Source of the DNA: Nitrososphaerota archaeon
GTDB taxonomy: Archaea > Thermoproteota > Nitrososphaeria > Nitrososphaerales > UBA57
Reading direction: 5' to 3'
DNA length: 49,568 nucleotides
NCBI GenBank assembly: GCA_013378375.1
Contig: JACAFT010000004.1
Span: 1-49,568 of the forward strand
Shown: positions 1 to 10,243 of the stretch, in pieces
Layout of the letters: each line of letters starts with the position of its first letter
Numbering within the stretch: position 1 is the stretch's first letter
Made by a program: the position numbers and the translations under genes
Notes under the pieces: generated by a model
Databases searched by the model: none
What the model saw: the letters and a program-made list of their open reading frames with translations, nothing else
Told to the model about the DNA's origin: nothing

Positions 1-111
1 CAGAACCAAAAGTTAAACGTGGAAGAAAAAGTAAAGTTTCTAAAGAAGTCGTAAAGAAAATAAAACAAGCAGAACCAGAACCAAAAGTTAAACGTGGAAG
101 AAAAAGTAAAG
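1..111 (+). repeat. Exact 36-nt direct repeat (1..36 and 76..111, period 75 nt) inside the coding frame, encoding EPKVKRGRKSK twice
   Basis: cagaaccaaaagttaaacgtggaagaaaaagtaaag read directly at both positions. Confidence 0.9.
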
Positions 112-476
112 ATGAATTTAATGATTTAACAGCAAAAGTTTATGAAATTGTAATTGAAAATGGAAAAGAAGGAATACTACAAAGTGAATTGTGGAAGAAA
201 TTAGGACTAACAAGTAGAGAAGGATCACGACTTGCAATAAAAATGGAAAAAAGAAGAATTGTAGATAGACAAAAATTACTAGAAGGAGGAAGATGGACGT
301 ATAAATTAACCCCAGTAAAATTTCCAGTAAAAGTTGATTCAATAGAAAACATCCCATGTATAACATGTCCTGATGAAGAAAGATGCGCAGCAGATGGAGT
401 AGTTACACCATTTAATTGTTTATTAATAGAGAATTGGGTTTTGACTGAAATAGGAAAAAGTAAAACAGAAAAATAA
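3..476 (+). CDS. RPC34/TFE-beta-like winged-helix protein with C-terminal Cys4 (Fe-S) domain; 5' end outside the window
   Basis: Frame is open from base 3 (EPKVKRGRKSK...GILQSELWKKLGLTSREGSR), upstream of the track's start at 189. wHTH region followed by PCITCPDEERC...PFNC, the archaeal RPC34-like cluster motif. Confidence 0.8.
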   Translation, partial: EPKVKRGRKSKVSKEVVKKIKQAEPEPKVKRGRKSKDEFNDLTAKVYEIVIENGKEGILQSELWKKLGLTSREGSRLAIKMEKRRIVDRQKLLEGGRWTYKLTPVKFPVKVDSIENIPCITCPDEERCAADGVVTPFNCLLIENWVLTEIGKSKTEK

Positions 477-497
477 TTACCAGGTAGATATAGTATT

Positions 498-1091
498 TTG
501 CGATTAAATGATGCAAAAAAAGATCATTATAGAAAATTAGCGAAAGAGCAAGGTTATAGAAGTAGAGCTTCATTTAAACTCATACAACTAAACCAAAAAT
601 ATAATCTAATTAGGTCAAATGATTATGTTATAGATTTAGGAGCTGCGCCCGGAGGTTGGCTGCAAGTAGCATCAAAGATAGTAGAGCCAAATGGAAAAGT
701 AATAGGCGTGGATTTACTTCCAATTAAAGAAATAGAAGATAATGTTGTAATATTTCAAGATAATATACATCGAAAAGGTATAGAAATAGAAATAATAGAA
801 GTCTTAAAGAAAAAAGCCAATGTAGTATTATCAGATTTAGCTCCAAATATATCAGGAATTTGGAAAATTGATCACAATAATCAAATAGATTTAACAATTT
901 CAGTAGTTGATGCTCTGCCGAAGATTTTAAAAAAGGAAGGATGTTGTTTATTAAAAGTTTTTGATGGTCCAATGTTAAAAACATTGGAAAATAATTTAAA
1001 AAATAAATTTAGAAATGTAAAATTGATTAAACCAAAAGCAAGTAGAAGTGCAAGTAGTGAATTATATATGATCTGCACAGGGTTCAAATAA
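498..1091 (+). CDS. rlmE: 23S rRNA 2'-O-methyltransferase RlmE/FtsJ
   Basis: GYRSRASFKL, DLGAAPGGW, VLSDLAPN, KPKASR..SSELY motifs; TTG start. Confidence 0.95.
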   Translation: MRLNDAKKDHYRKLAKEQGYRSRASFKLIQLNQKYNLIRSNDYVIDLGAAPGGWLQVASKIVEPNGKVIGVDLLPIKEIEDNVVIFQDNIHRKGIEIEIIEVLKKKANVVLSDLAPNISGIWKIDHNNQIDLTISVVDALPKILKKEGCCLLKVFDGPMLKTLENNLKNKFRNVKLIKPKASRSASSELYMICTGFK

Positions 1092-1097
1092 TAACAT

Positions 1098-2237
1098 TTA
1101 GAGCAAAAGTTTGTTTATATCAGAAATATTTCCATTAGTACGGAAACCTTTTGTATTAAAAGCAGTTTTCGAACTTTCGAACCCATGATTTTGTAATTTC
1201 TCGACTATTTTCTCTACAGAAAAAGAAGATATTTGTAGATCCTGGGAAATTTTATCAGTAACATAATACATGGACGGTAATGACACCTCAGTTAATGCAA
1301 TTTCCAATAATTTGGTTAATTTTGTATTAATAGACAGTTTTAGTGATTCAGTTAATAATAGCTTGTCAAAAAGTTTTCCAGTCCATAAAGGTCCAGCAAT
1401 CTTACAATCAGCATCGCACAAATTACATGATGTATACGGATGTTTAGAGATGTTGCGATTCCCGCATTTAATACAATGTTGAAGGAAACCATGATTACCC
1501 TCAGAAGAAGAGACAGAATTAACAACTTTGGCATAAACTCTGATATAATGTTTGTCAGTATGACAAAAAATTGGTTCAACTCCTAAATTATTTCTACAAG
1601 CTATAGTGGATAAAGTCGAAAAAAGAATTCGTATTGCAATCTCATTAAAGTATTCAGTATTAAGAGATAAACTTCCATATTTACGTAGACATACTTCAGG
1701 ATAAACACCACAAAGGACAGCTCCATCAGTAGCAGTAATCGAAATAATTCCATTAATTTTTAGTGCTCTTATAGCTGAATCAATAAATGGAACAGGAGAA
1801 CCAAATGGATCTAAGTCAATAAAATCAAATCTATCTTCTTTACCTGAAAAATTTGATAAAAATTTATTAGCTTCATTATTGGAAGTTGCACAAAATGAAC
1901 CAAAATTGTTTCGTTCAATAGATCGGTTTAGAAAGTCAATTGCAATTGGATTAGCGTCATTAAAGTATATTTTTTTTATGTAATTAGATTCATTTGCAAT
2001 TCTCATTCCTGTTGCACCAATACTCGATAAAACATCAGCAAAAGTAATTTTTTCATTAAATTGTGATGCGTAAGTATTTAATATTGTAATAAGAGTGTCA
2101 CGTTTGAATTTGGCAAGAGTATTAAAAAACGCAGGGTTTCTAGGAGGGGGAGATGTGTCAATACTATTTCTAGGAACGTAAAACTGCGTTTTTCCTTCAG
2201 TAATTAACATATATTGATTGTTTTGAAGATTAAACAT
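1098..2237 (-). CDS. trm1: tRNA (guanine26-N2)-dimethyltransferase
   Basis: ITEGK, FFN, DLDPFGSP, ITATD, Zn knuckles CIKC/CNLC, GPLW, GFRTN. Confidence 0.95.
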   Translation of the reverse strand: MFNLQNNQYMLITEGKTQFYVPRNSIDTSPPPRNPAFFNTLAKFKRDTLITILNTYASQFNEKITFADVLSSIGATGMRIANESNYIKKIYFNDANPIAIDFLNRSIERNNFGSFCATSNNEANKFLSNFSGKEDRFDFIDLDPFGSPVPFIDSAIRALKINGIISITATDGAVLCGVYPEVCLRKYGSLSLNTEYFNEIAIRILFSTLSTIACRNNLGVEPIFCHTDKHYIRVYAKVVNSVSSSEGNHGFLQHCIKCGNRNISKHPYTSCNLCDADCKIAGPLWTGKLFDKLLLTESLKLSINTKLTKLLEIALTEVSLPSMYYVTDKISQDLQISSFSVEKIVEKLQNHGFESSKTAFNTKGFRTNGNISDINKLLL

Positions 2238-2247
2238 AAAAAATCAT

Positions 2248-2550
2248 TTAAGAAGATTTATGAGTTTCACCTTTAACAATTGTAAACATCTTTGCAATAT
2301 CTTGAAGGATTGTAGATTTCTTAGTTTTCTTATCAATTGAAATATATCCTGAAGTAATAGAAACTCGTTTTGGATGACGAGCTTCTTTACCAATTGGATT
2401 AAGATCAAGTCTTTTTGCAGCTTCAACAAGATCAGACAATTCAGGATTCTTAATAGAGCGATTCTTAGAAATCCTCCTACCTTGAGAACGAGAATATAAA
2501 GAATTAAAATAATCCAACCAGATTATTTGTTTTTCATAGTCTTTCATCAA
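2248..2550 (-). CDS. srp19: Signal recognition particle protein SRP19
   Basis: IIWLDYFNS..SRSQGRRI..P motif and HP..G; start could be the ATG at 2547. Confidence 0.93.
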   Translation of the reverse strand: MMKDYEKQIIWLDYFNSLYSRSQGRRISKNRSIKNPELSDLVEAAKRLDLNPIGKEARHPKRVSITSGYISIDKKTKKSTILQDIAKMFTIVKGETHKSS

Positions 2551-2604
2551 TAAGACACCAGTAAATTCATTTAATTTATAGATAAGAATAAGTATTTACT
2601 TGGA

Positions 2605-2748
2605 TTAAGATTTATTTTTCTTGCCCAAATACCACCACATAAACCAAAAACCAAGAGATATGATAAGTACAACAATACCAATACCCCAAGATACTAGAGT
2701 CTGAAGGAAAGGATCAGAACCAACAAAAACATGTGCGAGAAATTTCAT
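2605..2748 (-). CDS. 47-aa single-pass membrane protein, not in the ORF track
   Basis: Hand translation: MKFLAHVFVGSDPFLQTLVSWGIGIVVLIISLGFWFMWWYLGKKNKS*. One TM helix with a basic C-tail. Fills the srp19-rps8e gap in the same orientation; TTTAAA lies 25-30 nt upstream (2773..2778). Confidence 0.7.
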   Translation of the reverse strand: MKFLAHVFVGSDPFLQTLVSWGIGIVVLIISLGFWFMWWYLGKKNKS

Positions 2749-2794
2749 ATTATAAAATCCCAATTAACTAAATTTAAAGCTGTTGAAATGAAGA

Positions 2795-3181
2795 TCATTC
2801 ATTAATAAGCATTCCATTAAGTATTCCATTTTGTCCAGGTCGAGAAAGAACTTTTACTTTACCTAGTTCAGTGTCAATAATAGCACCTTTAGTTATCACA
2901 CCACGTCTTTCATAATCTCGGTTAGATGGATTTTTTAATACGCGAGTAATTGTAGTCTTTGAAACGGTATTATTATTTTTATCAACAACATTCACAACAT
3001 TATCAGAGACTAAAGAGATCTTTCTATTTCCACCTCTAGAAGTCTTTTCACGTATAGAACGTTCTCCTAAAAGAGTATCAACAGAAAATGAATCTGATTC
3101 ATCTGCACGTCGATTTCTCGAGAATTTAACTCGTCCACCAGATGTTTTTCTTTTTCTTAAATTTTCTAATGTTTTAACCAT
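2795..3181 (-). CDS. rps8e: Ribosomal protein S8e
   Basis: RKTSGG, RGGN, NPSN.DY.RRGVITKGAII.TELG, SRPGQ.G. Confidence 0.97.
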   Translation of the reverse strand: MVKTLENLRKRKTSGGRVKFSRNRRADESDSFSVDTLLGERSIREKTSRGGNRKISLVSDNVVNVVDKNNNTVSKTTITRVLKNPSNRDYERRGVITKGAIIDTELGKVKVLSRPGQNGILNGMLINE

Positions 3182-3221
3182 ATTACATCATATTAGAGAA
3201 TTAGTATTATATAATTTTATT

Positions 3222-3800
3222 TTATTCTTTTGGTTTAATTTTAATTATAGGGGTTTTAATTTTCACGCCATGCTTGACTAATTGGTCTTTTACGGTTGAT
3301 AGGTCATTTTCAACACCAAAATACTCTGCTAGGCGATTAGTAGTAGTAAATATCTTAGTTCTGCCTAAAGGTTCAGATTTAATAAAACCTAATTTTTTTA
3401 AAGCACGAACATGTTGATACGAATTCTGACCACGTCGTTCTGCAAGATCCTTGCCTGAAATTGGTTGGAACCACATTATATGAGATAATGTCTTGAGTTC
3501 CGCACTAGATAATAAAGGCCGTGAAGAAAATTTTCGTGCAGGAGTAGTAAATTCAGATTTTAATTGAATAACAAATCTATCATTTTCTAATTCAAACATT
3601 TGAATGGCATCAAAAGTAGAATTAACATCCATCATAAGATTTCGTGCAATGGTAGAAGATTTTTTTGTAGAAGTAATACCTGCTGCTTTTGCAAGCTCGA
3701 ATTTAGACAATGGACGACCTGCAGCATATAAAGCAGCTTCTATCCTAGCCTTCAGTTTCTTATCTTTTTCACCATCTAAGGTTTCATGTTGACTATTCAT
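3222..3800 (-). CDS. scpB: SMC-Scp complex subunit ScpB
   Basis: IEAALYAAGRPL, LKTLS.I...QP, RG, GRT..F.TT..LAEYFG; TAATG overlap with scpA. Confidence 0.93.
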   Translation of the reverse strand: MNSQHETLDGEKDKKLKARIEAALYAAGRPLSKFELAKAAGITSTKKSSTIARNLMMDVNSTFDAIQMFELENDRFVIQLKSEFTTPARKFSSRPLLSSAELKTLSHIMWFQPISGKDLAERRGQNSYQHVRALKKLGFIKSEPLGRTKIFTTTNRLAEYFGVENDLSTVKDQLVKHGVKIKTPIIKIKPKE

Positions 3801-4462
3801 TATATCATCCGTCGAATCATAATATCTTCTGAGTTATTATCAGATTCAATCTGTTCTAGAGTAACTAGACCTTCTACTGCAACAAACAACAGTAATAAAA
3901 AAGACTGGGTTTGTTCAAGCAATGTTTTATTCCGAATTAATTCAGTAAAAAGCAGTTCACTAGATTGCGCAAGTTTACTAGTCAAATCTTTTTTGAATTC
4001 AACTACTAATTCTTCTATTTTGATTACAAATTTATCTATTTCAACTTCTGGCTCAGGTTGTAATAAAGTTGATTCCTTTTTCAACTCAGCATCTTGTCGT
4101 GAAACATCTTCTAGGATTTTTTCTAATGTTGTGATTAAATCATCTATAGATGTAGAATATAATTCATATCGAAATGGAAGAACAATAAGACTAGGAGGCC
4201 CTTGTCGAGGAATACGTGGTCTTTGGACTTTGAGTTTCTCAAAATAAAATAATGTTTCAACTTTTAAACGATAAAGTAAAGCAGAAGAAAATGCAACAGT
4301 ACCACATAAACGTAGATCAGGGTTATCTTTTTCAACTATCTTTTCTAAAAAAATATCTAACAAATCAGATATATCAACCTCCCAAGGTTTTCCTTTTTTA
4401 GCAGTTTTTGGATTAACTAATAGATTCAAAGGGGCTTTTGATAATTGACTAGAATCATTCAT
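3800..4462 (-). CDS. scpA: Kleisin subunit ScpA
   Basis: PWEVDI, DLR..G......LYRLK, C-terminal FL.LLF...G...L.Q; lies between smc and scpB. Confidence 0.9.
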   Translation of the reverse strand: MNDSSQLSKAPLNLLVNPKTAKKGKPWEVDISDLLDIFLEKIVEKDNPDLRLCGTVAFSSALLYRLKVETLFYFEKLKVQRPRIPRQGPPSLIVLPFRYELYSTSIDDLITTLEKILEDVSRQDAELKKESTLLQPEPEVEIDKFVIKIEELVVEFKKDLTSKLAQSSELLFTELIRNKTLLEQTQSFLLLLFVAVEGLVTLEQIESDNNSEDIMIRRMI

Positions 4463-7400
4463 TTGATTTGCATTCCTTTAGCATATTTGACATCGCTTTC
4501 TGTAGGTTGATATGTAAGTATCTTAGTAATACCACGTTCATGATAGACACCATACATATTATCAACACGCGACAATATAGTATCCTTTAAACTAACCATA
4601 ATTATTTGTGAATAAACAGTTCTTTCTCTAATTATTTCGGCCAGTTTAGTAGAATTAACAGCGTCTAAGTGAGCGTCAATTTCGTCGAACACATAAAATG
4701 GAGCAGGTTTCACAGCTTGAATTGCTAATATTAAACATAAAGCCGCAACAGTTTTTTCGCCACCACTAATGCCTGTACTTTCACGTGCAATTTTATTGGG
4801 AAATTGAGCCATCAAAGACACTCCAGAAGTAAAAATGTCATCTTCGTTCTCCAATTCTAACCAAGCTTCTCCATGAATTCCACTATCTTTTGTTGTAAGT
4901 TTTGAGAAAAGATGTCTCAATTCTTTATCGATTTTTTCAAAAGCATCTAGAAATGCTTTACGTTTATCGGAATCCACGCTATTAATAAATTCAATTATTG
5001 AATTACGCTCTTTTTGTAATTGATTTTTCCTGTGTGAAAAATTTTTGTAACCTGTATATATTTCACGATATTGTTCGTCTGCTAATAAATTCACACGAGA
5101 TTTTAAGCTATTATACTCTTTATCAAGTTCGTCTAGAATAGCAGATATATTAGGGAAATATTCTAGAGATTCGTCATAACCAAGTAATTGTAATTGGTCA
5201 CGATATGATTGTTTTGAATCAGTCAATCTTGCATTATCATTTGTGATAGTTTGATATTTAGAAGCAGTTTGTAGAATATTTTTGTTGATACTTTCTTTTT
5301 CTTTATTTAATAATTTATTTTGTTTATCTAGATTATCAATGATTGGTTTCATTTTACGAGATTCGTCGGAAAGTTTTTTTTCTGTTAAGGTTAATTCAGT
5401 AACACGTTTCTCTAGTTCTGGCAATAAAGAATCACACTCGGTAAGGAATAGTTTTTTATCCTTTAATTCATCTTCAAAGTTAGAAATTTTTTCAGTAAGT
5501 TCATTTTTCCTGTTTTTTAGATTATGTTCAAGATTTGCATTGTCACGTGCAAGTGTTGTTTCGTTAGTTCGTATTTGGTCAGATAACAGATCAATTTGAG
5601 AGGATATCTCTTCCCTTTCACTTTCTAAAGATAATAAATTAGTCTTTAAGGATTGAATAGAAGATTTAGAATCAAGTTTACTTTTTTGGGTTATAATTAA
5701 ATCGTCTATGTCTTTAAGTTCTAGTTCTTGTTTAATTTTTAATTCAGAAATCTGTTTAAGTTTTATCTGTAAATCATCATTTGTTTTGTTTCCTTTAGAA
5801 ATCACACCAACATAACGATTTCTCATATTTTTCATATTATTAAGTTCGGAATTCAGTCGCTCTAGTGATAATTTTCTTTCATTTTGATCCGATTCCATCT
5901 CCTTGACTTGAGAATTTAGAGTCGTAATTACATTTTTACGTCTTTGAATTGACGTTCGTAAATTACTAACACTTGATTTAATCTGTGTGAATGATGTAGA
6001 ATCAAAGAATAAATTAGCAAGTGGTGAAACACTACCGGTTTCGAAAACAGAACCACCAGGTTCAAAAATATCCCCAGAAATGCTTACTGTACGATACCCT
6101 TTTTGTGACCATATATAACCAGATTTAGCAGAGGAAACCAGTAAAGTATCACCAAAAATAAAATTAGCGAGATCCTTGTATTTATCGTCGACGGCTAGAA
6201 AATCTGCTAACGAGCCTAAAATATCCTTATTTTTAGGTGCATTAACTCGTTCAGAACCTACAATATCAGAAAGAGGAATCAAAGCAACACGGCCAAGTTT
6301 ATATCTTTTAACCAGCTCGACAACTTGAAAGAGTGATTTCATTTCTTCAATAATAATTGCATTAGACCATCGTTTGGTAGCAGCTTGTAATGCAGTTTTG
6401 TACTTGCCAGTAAAAGTAAAAATATCGTCAACACCACCCAAATAACCAGGAATAGAATTTTCTTGTGCAATCAACTTAAGTTTTAATTGAATGTTTTGTT
6501 TAGAAGTTATTTCCTTTGCAGCTTCGACCTTAGACTCGTGCTTTAAGACTTCTTCATGCGCTCGCGATAGTATACCAACAGCTTTAGAGAGTTCAAACTC
6601 GATTTTCTCACGTCGTAATGCTAATTTAGAATTTGAACTAGTAACAGAAGTTAAAGAGTTTTGTTCTTGAGATTGTAAAGATTCCAAGTCCAATATAGAT
6701 TTAGAAATAATATCAACAAGAGCTTGTGTTTGTTTTTTCTTCTGATCACCAGTTAAAATTTTTGCTTTAAGAATAGATTGGTTTGTGTCAGTAGTAGAGA
6801 AAGATTGATTAATTTGAGTTTTCCTATCATAGGATTGTCGAAGTTGTGTGTCAATATTAGTTAATAATTGTTCTTCTTCTTGAATAGAATCGTTTAAAGA
6901 TTTTCTTTTTGAATTAAAAGTTTTCATTTTGTCGTGCAACTGGATTAGATCATTTTTAGAACTGTCAAGTGTTTTTGAAAGAGTTTCTATCTTTATTTTA
7001 GTTTTAGATATATCATCAATAGTTTCAGAAAGCATATCATTAAGATATGGCAATGACTCGCTTATTTTTTTAATTTCATTATGAAAATTAGTTTTTGTAT
7101 CATTACGATTATTTAATTCGTCGGTTTTTTTATTTAATTCGATTTGTATAGATAATAATTCATCACTAGCGCCACCAATCACTTTTGAAAGAGTAGATTG
7201 TTTGGTTTTATCCAATTCGTCAATTTTATTGTTCATTTGAATTAGTTTTTGATCTAGGCTTTCTTTTTCTTCTGAAAGAGTAATCAATAATTTATTATTT
7301 TCTTCGATTGTATTAGTAATATCATGAAGTTTTTTGACAAACAACATAGATTTTAGCCAATTACGTTCCTGATCAAGATATTGCAAACGGAGATGATTAT

Positions 7401-8031
7401 TTCTTTGTACTTCTAAGACATCAATGTTTTTCTTAACTTCGCCGATTTTTGCCATTGCAACTTCAAGTTGTCGATCAGCAGCATCTAGTTGTTTCAATGC
7501 GTCTTCTTTCTTTGAGTCAAATTGAGCAACCCCAACAATTTCTTCAATTAACAATCGTTTTTCTTCCGGATTAAGTTCGGCTAGATGAGTAACCATACCT
7601 TGAGGAACAAAATTTAACCCATCAGAACTAATCAAGGCAAGGCTTAATAATTCAGATAAATGTCCTTTTTGTGTTTTTTTACCATTTAATAAATATGTGC
7701 TATCTCCACTAGAACGTATTTCTCTTGTAATTGTGACCCGATCATTATCAATTGAAATATCTCGACTGGTATTATCAAGAGTTAATGTAACTCTTGCACT
7801 AGTTGAAGGATTACCTCCAGCACCGTCAAAGATCAATCCACTGAGTTTATTAACTCTCATCATTCTAGGTTTGTTTTCGCCAAGAGCAAATAAAATTGCG
7901 TCAATAATATTACTTTTACCTGAGCCGTTGGGACCGGTAATCCCAATAAATTTACCATCAAAATTTACATGAACAGGTCTAGTTCCAAACGACTTGAAGC
8001 CTCTTGTTTCCACTTTTTTTATGTAAACCAT
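4459..8031 (-). CDS. smc: Chromosome segregation protein SMC
   Basis: GFKSF, GPNGSGKSN, coiled coils, hinge, SGGEK, FDEIDAHLD. Confidence 0.97.
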   Translation of the reverse strand: MVYIKKVETRGFKSFGTRPVHVNFDGKFIGITGPNGSGKSNIIDAILFALGENKPRMMRVNKLSGLIFDGAGGNPSTSARVTLTLDNTSRDISIDNDRVTITREIRSSGDSTYLLNGKKTQKGHLSELLSLALISSDGLNFVPQGMVTHLAELNPEEKRLLIEEIVGVAQFDSKKEDALKQLDAADRQLEVAMAKIGEVKKNIDVLEVQRNNHLRLQYLDQERNWLKSMLFVKKLHDITNTIEENNKLLITLSEEKESLDQKLIQMNNKIDELDKTKQSTLSKVIGGASDELLSIQIELNKKTDELNNRNDTKTNFHNEIKKISESLPYLNDMLSETIDDISKTKIKIETLSKTLDSSKNDLIQLHDKMKTFNSKRKSLNDSIQEEEQLLTNIDTQLRQSYDRKTQINQSFSTTDTNQSILKAKILTGDQKKKQTQALVDIISKSILDLESLQSQEQNSLTSVTSSNSKLALRREKIEFELSKAVGILSRAHEEVLKHESKVEAAKEITSKQNIQLKLKLIAQENSIPGYLGGVDDIFTFTGKYKTALQAATKRWSNAIIIEEMKSLFQVVELVKRYKLGRVALIPLSDIVGSERVNAPKNKDILGSLADFLAVDDKYKDLANFIFGDTLLVSSAKSGYIWSQKGYRTVSISGDIFEPGGSVFETGSVSPLANLFFDSTSFTQIKSSVSNLRTSIQRRKNVITTLNSQVKEMESDQNERKLSLERLNSELNNMKNMRNRYVGVISKGNKTNDDLQIKLKQISELKIKQELELKDIDDLIITQKSKLDSKSSIQSLKTNLLSLESEREEISSQIDLLSDQIRTNETTLARDNANLEHNLKNRKNELTEKISNFEDELKDKKLFLTECDSLLPELEKRVTELTLTEKKLSDESRKMKPIIDNLDKQNKLLNKEKESINKNILQTASKYQTITNDNARLTDSKQSYRDQLQLLGYDESLEYFPNISAILDELDKEYNSLKSRVNLLADEQYREIYTGYKNFSHRKNQLQKERNSIIEFINSVDSDKRKAFLDAFEKIDKELRHLFSKLTTKDSGIHGEAWLELENEDDIFTSGVSLMAQFPNKIARESTGISGGEKTVAALCLILAIQAVKPAPFYVFDEIDAHLDAVNSTKLAEIIRERTVYSQIIMVSLKDTILSRVDNMYGVYHERGITKILTYQPTESDVKYAKGMQIK

Positions 8032-8160
8032 TTACATTAACCAAATCACATATACAAACTTACTGAACTAAGATTTTTACAAAGTTTTAATATATAAATA
8101 AAGGGAATGAAATATTATTTACATACCAAAGCAGAAAGAAAAAATTTATTCACTTACGTC

Positions 8161-8180
8161 AAAAAAACAAGCGCAAAAAA
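8161..8180 (-). terminator. Possible archaeal oligo-U terminator after mfnA
   Basis: Minus strand reads TTTTTTGCGCTTGTTTTTTT about 15 nt after the stop codon. Confidence 0.4.
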
Positions 8181-8195
8181 GTAATAATAATATAA

Positions 8196-9362
8196 TTAAA
8201 TAGAGTTTTTTACAAGGTTTTTAATATCTTTAATAAAACTATCAATATGCTTACGTTTAATATGTGGCATAATAACAATACGAATATGTGTTGGAAAAAC
8301 AGAAATAGCCCAACCATGTTGACGAATACTTTTAATGAATTTTGTTTGAGAAGAACTAGTTATCTTAAAACCAATTATATTCAAAACAGGTTTAGAAACA
8401 ACAGAGATATTTGGAATCTTAATTAACTCATTATAAAAATAATCAGTATTTTTCATACATTGATTAATAAGTTTAACATAGCCATTTCTTCCGTTTAGGT
8501 TGAGAATAGACCATAAAGAAATAATAGAAGCTCCAGGACTAGTTCCCAATAATGTAGAACGAGATTTATGACCGCCAGAAAGGTAATTAATATCATTTTT
8601 TATACCTTTCAATAAACTGCGTTTACGAAATAAAATACAACTTGAAGGAATAGGAGCAAGACCCATTTTATGCGAATCAATAGCAATAGAAGAAACTCCA
8701 GGTAATTTGAAATCAAAAACAGGCGGAGAATAACCAAGGTCTTTTAAGAAAGGGATAACAAAACCACCAAAAGATGCGTCCACATGTAAAAGTAATGAAT
8801 GATCAGATGCAAGATCAGATAGATTATCAATAGGATCAATTAATCCCAAAGGAGTAGTTCCGGCAACTCCGACCAACATGATGGTATTTTTAGTAATACT
8901 CTTTTTGACCTTAGTGATATCAACAATACCATGAACATCTGGCACTTGAACAAGCTTAATTCCAAGAAGGTCGGCAGCTTTATAAAAAGAATTATGTGAA
9001 TGAGTTGGGATAATAATTTCAGAATTAGGTTTATTAAAATAATTTCTTGCAGCCCACATTGCAAGAATATTTGCTTCCGTACCGCCAGAAACTACATTCC
9101 CAATAGCATTAGATTTTGATAGTAAATTTCCAAGAATGGCAATAATATCTTTTTCAAGTTTAGATGTTCCCTTTAATAAACCAGGATCCCCAATATTTTT
9201 TTCAAGATGTTTTGAATAAATTTTTTGAGAAAAGATGTGTGGTTTAGTACACATAGAACCAATTATTTTACCTGAAGAAAAAGTTTCATCTAACATTAAA
9301 ATGTTATTTAATTTTTTATAAACATCGTTTTGACTTAATCCATTAGTACGCATTTTTATCAC
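8196..9362 (-). CDS. mfnA: PLP-dependent L-aspartate/L-tyrosine decarboxylase (MfnA family), probably the beta-alanine source for CoA
   Basis: GSMCT.PH, N.GDPGL..GT, SGGTEAN, HVDASFGG, DSHKMG (PLP Lys); last gene of the pantothenate operon. Confidence 0.9.
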   Translation of the reverse strand: MIKMRTNGLSQNDVYKKLNNILMLDETFSSGKIIGSMCTKPHIFSQKIYSKHLEKNIGDPGLLKGTSKLEKDIIAILGNLLSKSNAIGNVVSGGTEANILAMWAARNYFNKPNSEIIIPTHSHNSFYKAADLLGIKLVQVPDVHGIVDITKVKKSITKNTIMLVGVAGTTPLGLIDPIDNLSDLASDHSLLLHVDASFGGFVIPFLKDLGYSPPVFDFKLPGVSSIAIDSHKMGLAPIPSSCILFRKRSLLKGIKNDINYLSGGHKSRSTLLGTSPGASIISLWSILNLNGRNGYVKLINQCMKNTDYFYNELIKIPNISVVSKPVLNIIGFKITSSSQTKFIKSIRQHGWAISVFPTHIRIVIMPHIKRKHIDSFIKDIKNLVKNSI

Positions 9363-9370
9363 AAAGAAAT

Positions 9371-10225
9371 CTATATTTTGGCTTTTTTAATTTCTCCAAA
9401 ATATTTTTTTAGTTTCTTTAATTCTAAATTATCTAAAGACCATGAATGATTATTAGAGGGAAAATTATTTAGAGAAACATCGGTTTTATAATTAGTCAAT
9501 GCGTTAAAGGTTTCAGTTTTAAGATCTGCATATTTTTTAACAAATTTAGGTTTAAGTGAATCGTATAAATTAAGAAGGTCGTGTAAAACTAGTATTTGTC
9601 CATCACAATAAGGACCAGATCCAATTCCAATAGTTGGAATACTAAGCGAATTAGTAATAATCTTTGAAACTTCCTTGGTAATCATCTCCAAGACTATACA
9701 AAAAGCTCCTGCTTGTTCAAGCTCTTGTGCATCTTCAATAAGTTGCTTTGCAGAGGTGTAATCAGTTCCTTGAACACGATAACCATCCCATGACTGAGCC
9801 ATTTGAGGTTGTAATCCAATGTGACCCATAACAGGGATACCTGCTTTAGTAACTACACGAACAGTTTTAGCAACATCAAGACCACCTTCAATTTTTACAG
9901 CTTGCATTCCACCTTCTTTAATAAAACGTCCAGCATTACGAACTGCTTCGTCAGAAGAAACATGATACGACATAAATGGCATATCTCCAACAAGAAGTGA
10001 TTTACGGCCACCACGAGAAACAGCCTTAGACATTAACAACATTTCATCCATCGTTGCAGGAGAAGTATTTTCATAACCAAACATAACCATAGCTCCAGAA
10101 TCACCGACAAGGATAATGTCTATTTCAGCTTCATTTGCAATTTTCGCAAATGAATAATCATAAGAAGTAATGGCAGAAATTTTCTGCCCATTTGCCTTCA
10201 TTTCTGTTAATGTTTTTACATTCAA
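9371..10225 (-). CDS. panB: Ketopantoate hydroxymethyltransferase
   Basis: TSYDY, ILVGDS, GDMPFMSY, VKIEGG, GHIGL.PQ, IGIGSG..CDGQILV. Confidence 0.97.
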   Translation of the reverse strand: MNVKTLTEMKANGQKISAITSYDYSFAKIANEAEIDIILVGDSGAMVMFGYENTSPATMDEMLLMSKAVSRGGRKSLLVGDMPFMSYHVSSDEAVRNAGRFIKEGGMQAVKIEGGLDVAKTVRVVTKAGIPVMGHIGLQPQMAQSWDGYRVQGTDYTSAKQLIEDAQELEQAGAFCIVLEMITKEVSKIITNSLSIPTIGIGSGPYCDGQILVLHDLLNLYDSLKPKFVKKYADLKTETFNALTNYKTDVSLNNFPSNNHSWSLDNLELKKLKKYFGEIKKAKI

Positions 10226-10243
10226 AATATATACAATCTCATT

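Noticed and set aside
1-111. 36-nt repeat with a 39-nt spacer, which has CRISPR-like geometry
   Set aside because: Only two copies, the period is a multiple of 3, it lies in an open frame continuous with the RPC34-like gene, it is not palindromic, and no cas genes are present.
3222-8031. smc-scpA-scpB as a Wadjet/Mks defence system
   Set aside because: Canonical SMC with hinge in a housekeeping context, with no JetD/MksG nuclease.
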